A DNA stretch of 64,000 bases from the NCBI RefSeq assembly GCF_009914755.1, contig NC_060941.1. One strand, written 5' to 3'. This document shows positions 34,640-47,269 of this stretch, one piece after another. Every line of letters begins with the position of its first letter. The first letter of the stretch is position 1. The position numbers were made by a program, and so were the translations under genes. Under the pieces are notes generated by a model. The model worked only from the letters and a program-made list of their open reading frames with translations. It was not told the origin of the DNA and did no database searches. This stretch comes from the human T2T-CHM13v2.0 reference genome, Homo sapiens.

Positions 34640-35160
34640 CTTTTGATTTTAGCCCCCAAGATGATGCTCACCAGCTGGAGTTCGCACCCATGTTAATTCC
34701 CTCCCACATCGAATCAGGGTGATCTTTGTGACCAGTAAAGTATGGCAGAGGTGACAGTATATGGCTTCTGAGGCTAAGTCATCAATGGCAGGTGGCTTCT
34801 GCCTTGCTCTATTGGATCACAGCTCTCAGAGAGCTGGGTGCCCTGGTATGAGCCATCCTATGGAGCGCTCCACACAAAAAGGAACTGAGGCCTCCCACCG
34901 GCAGCAGGTGGCAACATGCCAACCACACAAGTGTGCCATCTTGGAAGCAGATCTTCCAGCCCTGGTCAGGCCTTCAGATGACTGCAGTTTCCGCCAACAT
35001 ATGACTGTAACGTCACAGGAGACCCTAAGCCAGAGCTGCTGGCCAAGCTACTCCTGAATTCCAGACCCATGGAAACTGTGAGAAATAGTAAATATTTATT
35101 GTTGTTTTAAGCTACTAAGTTTTGGGATAATTTGTTACACAGTAATAGATAAGTACTACA
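34640..35160 (+). mobile_element. MaLR LTR (MLT1F-like)
   Basis: GCCATCTTGGAAGCAGATCTTCCAGCCC...CCTTCAGATGACTGCAG...GTTGTTTTAAGCTACTAAGTTTTGGGATAATTTGTTACACAG...ACA. Confidence 0.88.
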
Positions 35161-35504
35161 GTATTCATTGATTGAGCAATACTCAATGAACCAAGCCCCT
35201 TTGGCGTTCAGTCAGCCTTTAAAGGAATTCATTTTTAAAATTATCTGAATAGTATCAACTCACACTTGAATAAAGGACTTTCATTTTGGTCCTTTTGACA
35301 AAGACATCGTTCAGGCTAAGGACTGGCAATAACTCCAATGTCCCTGCAGGATCTGAGGCCCCAAGTTCGGGCCAGAGTGTGGAATTAATGTTGACTCAGT
35401 TGACCTCTAAAGCTCTTTTTATACGAAAACCCTGGACTCAGAGACTTTCAGGGACCTGTTTGCCAGTCCTCGCTCCTTCCATATGGTTGGTCAATAGAAT
35501 ATGA

Positions 35505-35700
35505 TAGTGAGGAACCCAGGCTTTGGGGTCAAGCAGGTCTGTGTTCAAAGCCTGGCTCCTCCTCTTCCCAATCTATGTGACCTCCTCAAACAAGTAGCTT
35601 CAAATAAGTATGCTCTGAATCTCAGTTTCCTCATCAGAAAAATTGGAGAAGAGACGCCTGGCTCCTAGGCGTCGTATGAAGAGGAAATAACACATAGCTT
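35505..35700 (+). mobile_element. MIR
   Basis: GGCTTTGGGGTCAAGCAGG...CTCAGTTTCCTCATCAGAAAAATTGG. Confidence 0.7.
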
Positions 35701-36944
35701 GTCCTTGTGATGAGGCAGCTGTGCTGATCATCAGACCACAGACTGGCTGGGCACTCTCAGAGGTATTGGGAGACTGTTCCCCTCTCACCCGGCCTGCCCT
35801 GCGGGTGGCTGCACCCCTCCTTTGTGAGTTTGAAGGGCCAGGTGAGCATATGGCCACATGGCAGGACTTGGATGGAGTGAAGCCTGCTTCCTCTCCCTCG
35901 TTAGCATCGCCCGGGGACCTGCTCTCTCCTTAGCAAAGGCCTGGATAACGAAGGCCACAGCCTATTAATTGCGGTGACAGTGATAAAGGAAGAGGGGGAG
36001 GCTGCTATTTGTCTTGCCCGTAACCTCTCGCATCATTCCAAGATGAATGAAAACTCATTTTCTGCTTTGATTCAGTCTAATTTCTCTGGGCCCCCTGGGC
36101 CTCATGGGGGGAAGGGACTCACAGCCCTTGCTGAGGAGGAATCGCAGGGAGGAGGAGAAAGGGTCAGAGGTCACAGAGGGAGGAGGGTGGGCTCCACTGG
36201 GGAACCAAGATCTTGGTGGGGGCAGTGATTAGAGCATTCAGTCATTAAGTGGATGGCGGGCTGGGGCTTACACAGGTGCTGGCTAAGGGCATTCACAAAC
36301 TAATCTGGTGAAGAGGTGAATGTGCTACCCACTTCACAGATGAGACAATGGTGGCACTTGGGAGAAAATGGCTAGCACAAGGTCACACAGCGAGTGAGGG
36401 CCAACATCCAGCTTCAGCAGGGAGGAGAGGCTGGCCAGGGCCCTCGCTGGCTCTTTCCCAGTCAGTCAGTCACTCACAGCATGGTGTCCCACCTGGATGA
36501 ATGACTTCATCGGCACAGAAGTCCCATGGACGGGAAAGGACCATCCAGCAGGGAAGCTGCCAGCCTACCTGTCCTTTCTCCCTCGGGGACTGGAAAAGGA
36601 GAGGGGCCAGGGGATGGGGAATGGACCTTTTTGGCCATCAAGGAACAAAGACTCGCCAAGTAGGGCCTTGTTGGAATTGCCATTTTCTCTGCTGTAAGAT
36701 GGAGCCAACAGTCCCCGCCTCCCAGGACCACATGGTGGCTGGAGAGGGCAGGTGATGGGCATGTGTGTGAGGGTACTTCACACCCACTACTTCCTCTCCG
36801 TCGAAAGGGAGAAGCAAAGCAGTCGTCCCCAGATATTTGACCTGCTTTGTCCTAGGTTAACCATCTCCGGGGGTCAGTCTGCCCCTGAGTCCCTGCACCT
36901 GCCTGTCCTGATCTATCACCTGGGTCCCCTTTGATGGTCCAGAG

Positions 36945-37178
36945 GTCCCCTTACCACCTCAGGACACAGCCTTCTCCTAAGACTCAGCCTTTTTCTGACA
37001 CCCAGGCCATCAGCCTGTGGGCAGAGAGTGCCCCAGTCGGCCCCAGGGAGGGTGAGCTGGGAGGGGCAAGATGAGCGGGACCCACAGTGGCTGACCTGGC
37101 ACAGCCAGCACGGTCTCAGTTCTAGAGCAGCCCCAGGGGAGCTGGGGAGAGGAGGGGCAAGAGACTCAGGACCCAGAG
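36945..37178 (+). repeat. Local direct duplication A, copy 2
   Basis: Starts GTCCCCTTACCACCTCAGGACACAGCC as at 33640; offset 3305 bp. Confidence 0.93.
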
Positions 37179-37399
37179 AGTGGGAAGGGCCTGGGTCTGT
37201 GATTTCCCTGCTAAAGTGGCCTAGCAGCCCCAGGGGAGCCGCATGGACTGTGAAGAAGGTGGGAGATACCCCCAGGCCAGCTGCAGGTTCACAGGAGAAA
37301 CTCGGCTACGTGTGTCCAATGCGCTTCACACAACATCCTCCCGGGTCTTTGGGCCACAAGGTGGAGGCGCTGTAACTGGGAGGAATTTTGTGATGGTGC

Positions 37400-37580
37400 A
37401 ATGCATGAGTCAGCATGGGCTCTAGAGCCCGGCAGCCTGACGTGAGCTGCAGCTCTGCTGTGTGACCTTGGGTACGTTGCTTTGCCTCTCTGGACTTCAC
37501 TTTCGCTATCTGTAAAATAATCTTCCTCATATGGTTATCAGTTCACTTATGTAAAGCACTTAGAGCATGTGTCTAAGTGG
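37400..37580 (+). mobile_element. MIR
   Basis: GCTGTGTGACCTTGGGTACG...ATCTGTAAAATAAT...ATGTAAAGCACTTAGAGCA. Confidence 0.75.
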
Positions 37581-37970
37581 GCTGGGACAGACCTGAGCCT
37601 GGGTTGTGCTCTGAGGGGCTGCAGCCAGGCTAGGAAGGGCTGGCGGAGGATGTGCGTGAGAAGTAAAGCAGCTGACTCCACTCGTGTCCCCCTCGCCCCC
37701 CACCAATCTATGGCATCCTCCCATCTGCCCCAGATCTGAATTGCAAATGACCTTCCTTTCCCCACCACTCCAGCTGGAGACAGCTGAGTCCAAAGAAGAT
37801 GTGTGCCTGCCCCTGTAGGGCGCCCTAGCCTTGCTCTGTCTCAAAGGGTCTGCAGGCGGAGCCCTTAGACCAGGGCCCCTTTCCAGGATCCTGAGAGAGT
37901 AGGCAAGGCCCAGTTAGAGCCACCTAGCCTGGCATTCAAGGCCTTCACAGCCTGGCCTCACCTTCTTTCT

Positions 37971-38063
37971 CTGCTCCCATGTCCATCCCCATCCCCTATC
38001 ACCCATCCCACCCACTTCTCCATAGGCTCAGCCAAAGTCCCATGCTAATGTAGGGAAGGTGGA
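37971..38063 (+). repeat. Local direct duplication B, copy 1
   Basis: 83/93 identical to 38947-39039 by hand count. Confidence 0.92.
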
Positions 38064-38064
38064 T

Positions 38065-38940
38065 GATCTTCGCTGAGTACTTACAGGTGCTTACAGCACT
38101 GGGCGCTGTATTACAAGCATCAGCTTGGATACACCTCCTACAACTCCATGAGGCATGTACTGTTGAGAATTCCATTCTACAGATGGAGGGACTGAGACTC
38201 AGAGAGGTTACATACCTCTAGCAGGTGGCAGAGCTGGGACACAGACACACAATCACATCTTGCTCCCTCCAGAACCCAGCTCTTAACCATTACTCTGTTC
38301 TGCCATGAAGCAGATCCTGCATAAAATATATAGGAGAAATGAAGTCAGGGAGCCAGGACCTGTAACGAAGGAATAAAAGGAGCTTCTAGAGGTAGTCATT
38401 CATCCACTGATTTGATATTTACCAAGCATCTACTAGATGCTGAGCACTCAGAGATAATTATAATGATGATGAGAATAACATCAATGGTAGTAACATTAGT
38501 GATAGTGGTAAGATAAAAACTATTGCTGACATCTTCTGAGCTCCTACAATGTGTTTGGCACTGTGCTAGGTCTTCTGTTGCAGAACTCTAATCCTTACAG
38601 CAGCCCTGCAAGACAGTTATTATTATTATTATCGCCACTTTATAGATGAGTCCACTGAGGCTCAGAGAGCCTGTATCTAAATTCACTTAGATTTCAAGCA
38701 TCTGAGCAAGAATTTGAACCCCCAGACTGTCTTTGAATAACAACAACAACACTCATGAGACTGTCTAGCATTTATTGGATACTTTCCAGACAGTCTGCTA
38801 AGCACTTAAAATGATCATGTAAGCCAGGTGTCATTATCATCTCTATCTTAGTGATGAGGAGACTGTGGCTTGGAGGTCAAGTAAACTGCTCAAGGTAATG
38901 GGCTGAGGACACAGTGCAGCCAGGATTTGGAGCCAGGTCC
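38065..38940 (-). mobile_element. Three antisense MIRs (38065-38295, 38515-38730, 38760-38940) plus a short L2 tail
   Basis: Three copies of the core: CATTCTACAGATGGAGGGACTGAG, CACTTTATAGATGAGTCCACTGAGG, TCTTAGTGATGAGGAGACTGTGG. Confidence 0.8.
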
Positions 38941-38946
38941 ACCAAT

Positions 38947-39039
38947 CTGCTCCCATCTCCATCCCCATCCCCTACCTCCCACCCCACCCTTTTCTCCATA
39001 GGCTCAGCCTAAGTCCTATACTAATGTAGGGAAGGTAGA
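38947..39039 (+). repeat. Local direct duplication B, copy 2
   Basis: CTGCTCCCATCTCCATCCCCATCCCCTA...CTAATGTAGGGAAGGTAGA; offset 976 bp. Confidence 0.92.
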
Positions 39040-39237
39040 AGTCTTCTATTTCCCCACAATGCCCCTCAAGGAAAGGGCTGTCTAGAGTAAGCAGTTTAAG
39101 TACAAGGACTCTATTCTCTCTCTTCTGGGCTAATGCAACTGCCTCCTACTGGGACTTCTCTAGTTGCTTCTCCTCCAAACCTTCGTTCATAGTCCGTTGT
39201 TACTCTACTGACAGAGGTACTGTCCTAAAACTCAACC

Positions 39238-40110
39238 GGTGGCAGAGGCAGCTAACTGTCCACCAAAAGTTCATGCTGCACCTTTCAAAGGGGGCATATA
39301 TCACTGGAGGGCACCACCCTGCCAGGTCCTACATTTCCCAGAGCCCTTTGCAACTGCTTGAGGCCGTGTAATTACTTCTCGCGGGTGGAATGCAGGCAGA
39401 AGTGATGTGTGTTGCTTCTGGGCCAAGTGATTAAGAAGCAACTGTACCTTCTCCACCCTCTCTCTTTCCTTGTCCACCAGCTGGAAGTGGGGGATTCCAA
39501 GACCTTCCAAGATTCCTCACTCTTAGGGGTGTTGTGGACTGAAGTTTGTGCCTCCCCCCAAAAAATTGATATTTGTAATTAATATTCATAATCAAATTCA
39601 AAATTCCTATGTTGAAATCCTAACCCAATGTGATAGTATCTGGAGGCGGGCCCTTTGAGAGGTAATTACGGGTAGATATCAGGTCATGAGGGTGAGGCCC
39701 TCATGAATGGGAATATTGCCCTTATGAAAAGAGGAGACACAGTCTCCCCTGTCCCACTCTGCTCTCTGCGTGTGAGGATACAATGAGAAGACAGCTGTCT
39801 GCAAACCAGGAAATGGGCCCTTAACAGACACCAGATCCACAGCAGCTTGATCTTGGACTTCCCAGCCCCCAGAACTATCAGAAATAAATGTTTGTTGTTT
39901 AAGTCACCCAGTCTATCTAGGGTTGGTTGTTATCACAGCCCAAATTGACTAAGACGGGGGTGTAAGGAGGCTGGTGGGTCCTGAATCACCATGTGGAAGA
40001 AGTGACCCAGCAATCTGGAGCACCCATATTGGACTGCTGTGTAAGTAAGAAGGACACCTTTTGGGGGAAGCCACTGAAATTTGGCGGTTTACTTATTACA
40101 GCAGCCAGGC
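39238..40110 (+). mobile_element. Old MaLR LTR (MLT1J-like), host of a nested MLT1A0
   Basis: ACTACATTTCCCAG-like start, GGAATGCAGGCAGAAGTGATGTGTG; 3' AAGCCACTGAAATTTGGCGGTTTACTTATTACAGCAGC. Confidence 0.75.
39530..39956 (+). mobile_element. MLT1A0-like solo LTR
   Basis: TGTTGTGGACTGAAG...ATGTTGAAATCCTAACCC...TTGATCTTGGACTTCCCAGCC...GAAATAAATGTTTGTTGTTTAAG...GACTAAGAC; G-run TSD-like flanks. Confidence 0.88.
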
Positions 40111-40146
40111 TTACCTAAAGAATAATATATTCACTCCTGGTTCATA

Positions 40147-40447
40147 ATTTTTTTTCTTTTTTTTTAAGACAGAGTCTCACTCTGTCACCCAGGATGGAAT
40201 GGAGTGGCAATCTTGGCTCACTGCAACCTCCATGTCCTGGGTTCAAGTGATTCTCATGCCTCAGCCTCCCAAGTTGCTGGGACTAACAGGCATGCACCAT
40301 CACACCCAGCTAATTCTTTTTATTTTTAGTAGAGACAGGGTTGTGCCATGTTGGCCAGGCTGATCTCAAACTCCTGACCTGAGGTGATCAGCCCACTTCG
40401 GCCTCCCAAAGTGCTGGGATTACAGGCATGAGCCACTGCAGCCGGCC
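40147..40447 (-). mobile_element. AluS (Sx/Sz-like)
   Basis: Full dimer; TSD CTGGTTCATA at 40137 and 40448. Confidence 0.95.
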
Positions 40448-40489
40448 CTGGTTCATACTTCTAAATGGGCTCATCCTTCTAAATGGTTT

Positions 40490-40970
40490 CCTCCATCTGA
40501 AGAATAAAGCTTAAACTCCTGGCCATGGTCTATAAGACCTTTCACAATCTGGGTTCCGCCACCTTTCCAGTCCCATCTCCCACCCCCACCTTTAAAAAGA
40601 AAATGTGTTCAATCACAGAACTGCTCTATTCCCTGACACAGCATGGTCTTCATACTCGTGGGTGTTTACATGGCTGACCCTCTGTCTGGAACACTATCCT
40701 GCTCTTCTCTTTAGAAAATGTTGATTCAGCTTTCAAGACCCGTTTTCCATATTACCTCCTCACTGAAATCTTCCCTTTCTGTAGCAGAGGACGTTGCACC
40801 CACAGAAACCTCCACAGATGCACTTATCAGAGTGCATTGTAATTATTTGTTCCTATATCTGATTGTCTGACCAGACTGTGGAGTCCTCTGGGGCTGGACT
40901 TGTGGCCCATCAAGTTTTGTATCACCAGTGCCTTACAACATAGAAAGTGCCCAGCAAAGACATGGATTTA
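40490..40970 (+). mobile_element. L2 fragment
   Basis: AGAATAAAGCTTAAACTCCTGGCCATGG...CCCTCTGTCTGGAACAC...ACCAGACTGTG...TTTGTATCACCAGTGCCT. Confidence 0.7.
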
Positions 40971-41008
40971 TGGATAAACTGGTAAACAACCAAAAAGTCT
41001 AAAGTCTA

Positions 41009-41425
<417 letters not shown>

Positions 41426-42059
41426 AGTAATACAAGCCCAGGGCCCCAGAGGGAGAAGCAATCCTGTGTCCTCTCTTGTCTAAAGTCCCTGAAAATTCCT
41501 CCCATGGCCTGAACCCAGATGACCCCTTAGGGCTCATTCTTAAGACAGGGGAGAGGATTGAGGAGAAATGACAGGTTCTAGACTTAAGCTGATTCATTCA
41601 CCTGATTCAAGGCCTACTGAGAGCAGAAGGCCTGGCCTCAGCCTCCTCCTGAATAATCATGGGCCGTCTCCAGGGTTAAACAGGCCTGGGTTCGAGTCCT
41701 GGTCCTGCCATTACTCATGGGACTTGGACATGTTGATCATATCCCTGTTTGAAAATAGGAAAATACCACTCTCAGGGTGGTTGTGAAGACCTACAACATT
41801 TCTTATTGGTTAGGTCTTACATTTTCTAACCTAAGGATGGGCCTCCCAGCCAGGACCTGGGATCCAGGGCATCACAGTCCCAGGACATCCTGTCCTCCTC
41901 CCTCCTATCCCCACCTCCACCGCTGCTGAGGCCCTCTGTCTCCCCAAGAATCTCAGCTGCTTCTGCAATGAGTTCACACTGGATTTTTTTTTCTTTCACC
42001 AAGTTGTGAGTGGGGACATAGCTGAGACACTTGGGGTTTCAAGTAAAGAAAGAGTCTGA

Positions 42060-42172
42060 TGGGTGCAGCACACCAACAGGGCGCATGTATACATATGTAA
42101 CAAACCTGCACGTTGTGCACATGTACCCTAAAACTTAAAGTATAATAATAATAAAATAAAATAAAATAAAAT
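42060..42172 (+). mobile_element. Extremely 5'-truncated young L1PA (L1PA3/4-like) 3' tip
   Basis: GGGTGCAGCACACCAAC...CAAACCTGCACGTTGTGCACATGTACCCTAAAACTTAAAGTATAATAA plus (TAAAA)n; TSD AAAGAGTCTGA at 42049 and 42173. Confidence 0.93.
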
Positions 42173-42265
42173 AAAGAGTCTGAGACTTGGAGAGATAGGG
42201 AAGGGATGGAATGACAAGGAAAGAAAGGAAACAAAGGTAAGACAGGAAAATTTAAAAACAGAGCT

Positions 42266-42520
42266 GGCCAGGCAGGGTGGCTCACACCTGTAAACCCGGC
42301 ACTTTGGCAGGCCAAGGAGGGCAGACTGCTTGAGCCCAGGAGTTTGAGACCAACATTTAGCCGGGCATGGTGGCACATGCCTGTATTCCCAGCTACTCCC
42401 AGCTAAGGTGGGAAGATTGCTTGAGCCCAGGAGGTTGAGGCTACAGTGAGTTGTGATCATGTCACTGCACTCCAGGCTGGGCGATAGAGCAAGACCCTGT
42501 CTCAAAACAACAACAACAAC
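42266..42520 (+). mobile_element. AluJ with internal deletion
   Basis: Left arm truncated after GAGTTTGAGACC; GGAGGTTGAGGCTACAGTGAG. Confidence 0.9.
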
Positions 42521-43144
42521 CACAAACAGAACCAAAGACCAAGACACTAAGGAACACAACAGAGACAGAAAGATGAAGACAAAACAGAGAAAAAGCAAGA
42601 AAGAGAGAAGCAGAAGTGGAAAGGTGCAGCCATGGAGAAAGAGAGTCAGAGGGGAAGGGGAGGGGGCCGTTGACAAGCCGGGCAAGGACAGGGACAAAGT
42701 GAAGGCCCCTCGGCCCCCAGCTGAGCACGGCTTTCAGCCTCAGAGGGTTCTGCTGCTGAGAAAGCAAAGTCTCTTCTCCCTCATTCGAATGAATGTGATA
42801 TTCAATCAATGAAGATTAACTCGCCCAAGGTAAAGGGGTTTTTCCATCTGTAAGGAAGTCGAAGACAATTATGCAGATGAGAAAATTACCCTGAGATGAG
42901 GAGCCTCTTGTATATGATAATTATGTGAAGGGTGGACTCCCACACTGATTAGCATATCTCCAAGACCAGACCCAGATGGAGGAGGCAGGAGGAGCAGAGG
43001 TCACCAGGAATCCCCCTCAGAGAGGTGGGTTGGAGATGTCCCAGCCCCAGTGGTCGTCTTTGGAGAAGAGGACACGTCGCCACCATCAGTAAAGACTAAC
43101 TGGAGCCTTGTTCCCACAGTGTCCATCGAAGCTGCCTGGGCCAG

Positions 43145-44110
<966 letters not shown>

Positions 44111-44369
44111 CTTGAATGGTGGCTGGAATCCTGAGAAGTCCATGGATCTATTCCAAGTCTCCAGGGACACTCAGGCCCTAAGACCCTCAGAAGCCAGAGG
44201 CCTGGGCCGGAGCCAGGGCAAGGGCTATGGAAGAGGCAGGGAAGAGCAAAAAAATGGACTGAGTAACCCAGCTTGGGAATGGACTGAAGACACCGCACTG
44301 GGTGTGCTGGGGAGCCTTGAACCACAAAAACCAGCTATGATGTGTGAAATACCCGCTGTGGACTAAGCC

Positions 44370-44860
44370 CTGCACATGTATTCTCTGTGACTCTTAAATG
44401 GGGTTATTTTTAATCCCAATTTGACAGATGAGGAAGTTAGGCTCAGAGAGGCAAAGTGATTTCCCCAAGGTTGTAGAGTTGGGATTTGAATCCAGCTGGG
44501 TCTGACCCCCAAAGCTCAGGCCATTGCCTCCCACCCACTGGGGAGGGGCCCTGGGGGTAAGCTTATCCAAGGAAGTTAGTGGCTGGCCCTGGACCCTAAG
44601 GCCTGACTGAGCTAGGGGGTCCCTCCGGCCTGCTATGCCAGAGGAAGGCCGGCCTCACGTGATGGAGGGGAGTGAGCAAGGGCTTGGAAGTCAAACAGCC
44701 TTGGGTTCAAATCCTGGCTTTTATGAGCCTTGTAACCTCAAGCAAGTCATTGCCCTTGCTGAGCATCTGACGGGCTCCTCCTTGGCCAATAGGGATGATA
44801 GGACCAACTTCACAGGGTTGCTGGGAGAAGGAGATGAGGTCAGGTGTCTCATGTGTGTGC
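44370..44860. mobile_element. MIR fragments (antisense 44370-44520; sense 44670-44860)
   Basis: CCCAATTTGACAGATGAGGAAGTTAGGCTCAGAGAGG; TTGGGTTCAAATCCTGGCT. Confidence 0.7.
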
Positions 44861-45779
44861 CATGGAGTTTGGGCAGGGTTTTCCTCTTCTGAGGGAATGG
44901 AGGTTGGCTGAGCCAAGGCTCAAAGGCTCTAGGACTCATCAGAGCCCGCCCACCTCTTCGGGGCTTTGGCAGGGTTGCCACAGGCTCCTCCTCTACTCTG
45001 ATGCAACACTGATGGGAACCTAGGGCTTTCCAAATGATGCACCGGGCCTGGGTCCAAGCCTGTCTGAGTCTGGTCTGGACTCATCAGCAATATCCTACCA
45101 TACAGACAGCATTGAGTGTGGCCCCTCTGCCTGGGATACCTTGGGGCATGAGCCCCAGCATCTCTCCCATAGCAGATGCCCCATTACCCGTTGGTGGGCA
45201 GGGGTGGGGAGCTCTATAAAGAAAGGCAGTGGGCTTGGAATCTTCCGGCACTAGCCAGCCTTCCTGCCCTCTCCCAGGAATTCCCCTTGGAGAACCATCC
45301 TGTCTCCACGGCTGCTGAGTAAGGGTGTACCCCACACACGTGGCCCTTGTCCACTCACCAAAGTGTGCACTCTGCCTGGAAGGGGCTTCTTTAGTTAATT
45401 GCCGTGAAAGCACCCTGTGTGGCATCAGGGAGGAACTTGCCTTCTGAGGGCCTCAGTCTCCAGCTCTGTAAAATGGGGACAGTAAGGGGTGCTCAGTGAA
45501 GGTTCAAGACCTTCTCCCTCTGAACACACAACCTCTCCTCACCACCAACCCCACCCCCAGCACCCTTTTGGCTACCATTCACTCAAACAAACAGAAACCA
45601 GGGGCTGGGGTGTACTGACTCAGAGGTGGGGGGCGCCCCAGTCCTCACCCTGTGTTTCTATTTCCATATTGTTCCCCACAATCTTCCCCTCCTAGCCAGG
45701 CCAATGGAGGATGAGGATGAGGAGAGAAAGAAGGGAAAAGAAAAGGGGGCTACAGAGGTGGAAGCTGGGAGCTGCACCC

Positions 45780-46735
45780 ATGCCCCCATGTCTCTGTGAA
45801 TGCGTTTCTCTGTTTTCTGTATCTGTGACTCTGTCCTGTCTCCGTCCCTCCCTCCCTCCCTCTCTCTCTCTCTGTCCATGGATGTGTTGGTGTACTTGTC
45901 TGGGCATCTGCGTGTGTGTAGAAATGTATCACTGTAACTTCGTGCCTGTGCATGCTGTAGTTGTGTGTGTCTCCCGCTCTGTGTGTGTGTGGGTGTGTGA
46001 ACCCCTGTCTCTGCACGGATGTGTGTATAGCTCTGAATGTGTGTGTGTGAAGCAGGGGATTGTGTCTGTGTACATGTGTGTCTGGACTGGAGTCTATCGG
46101 GTGTGTATGTTTGAACATGTGTATGATAGCATCTATGGGTGTATCTGAGTGTGTGTCTGCGTGGGTGCATATCAATGGTGTATGAAGATCTGAGTGTGTC
46201 TAGGTTAGTGTGTATCAGTGTGGAGGGGTGAGTGCCTGGGAAGGGATGAGTCAGAAGTAGGTATGTGTATCTGCATGCACCTATGTGGGTGTGTGACAGC
46301 GTGTGTGGATGTCTAGGTGTATCAGCATCTGGGAGAGAGGGGTTATCAGCATGGAGGGTGAGTGTGTGCATATGATTGTGTCTATCTTCTCAGTATATGG
46401 GATGTGGGGTGTGTTTGTGTATCTGTGTCTGGGAGGAGTGTGTTGGTGCGGGGGGATGTGTATCCTATGTGAGACTTGTGAGCGTATATTAGTGTGCTGG
46501 GTATGAGTATGTGTGTCTCTGTACGGGGGTGTCAGTGTGTGGAGTATGTGTGTGTATCTCTGTGTAGGTCTGAATGGGTGTGTTTCAGCGTTTGAGGAGT
46601 GTGCATATCTGTGCACAAATCACTGTGAGCGTGTCTATCAGTATCTTAAAGTAGGGCGTATGTGTGTCTGCGCAGGGTGTATGGGAGTGTGCGGCTGTGT
46701 CTGTGTGTGTGTCTCTGTCTGTGTATCTGTGTAAG
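45780..46735. repeat. Long degenerate (TG)-rich low-complexity tract
   Basis: About 950 bp of interrupted TGTG/TGTA/TCTG units. Confidence 0.85.
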
Positions 46736-46769
46736 TCTGCACCTCTCCAGCTTGGCTGGGCCCCGGCAC

Positions 46770-47035
46770 TGTAAATCCATCAACTCCACATGATTTTGTC
46801 AATTCTGACAGCTAACTTCAACATGACGACAAATCTGGCCCCAGAGGATATTAAGCAAAGACACATGAGCCTATAATTTTCTGCTTGCACGTGTGAGATG
46901 CTATAATAATCAAAAGAAAATGAGTTTCTAACTACCCCAGCTCTTTGTGCTGCTGCCTTCATGCCGGCTGCACTAATTGAATCACCCGGCACCACTGTAT
47001 CAATGGTAACTTGGGTATTGGGGGGTAATCAGGCG
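46770..47035. promoter_or_regulatory. Candidate conserved enhancer (PBX-HOX/MEIS motifs)
   Basis: ATCCATCA (46775, reverse complement TGATGGAT), TGTCA (46797) and TGACAG (46806), CTAATTG (46973); repeat-free. Confidence 0.45.
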
Positions 47036-47269
47036 TGTGGGGGGGACCAGCTTGGAGAGGTGCGGGGGCTTTTGTGAAGGTCCCATCTGCCTCATGCACC
47101 AAAGCCGCCAGCCGCCCGCCCGCCCGCATTTGGCTGGACAAGGGAGTGACTGAAGGGCAGCCCTCACCAAGGGGAAGGCCTGGGAGGGGATGCCTGGGGG
47201 AGGGGGCACCTGTACCCAGATGCTGCAGCTCAGGCCCCTTGGTCCCGGAAGGAGAATTGTACAAAAATA

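Noticed and set aside
45658-46734. His/Thr-rich and Cys/Val-rich ORFs up to 237 aa
   Set aside because: Reading-frame artefacts of the TG-rich low-complexity tract.
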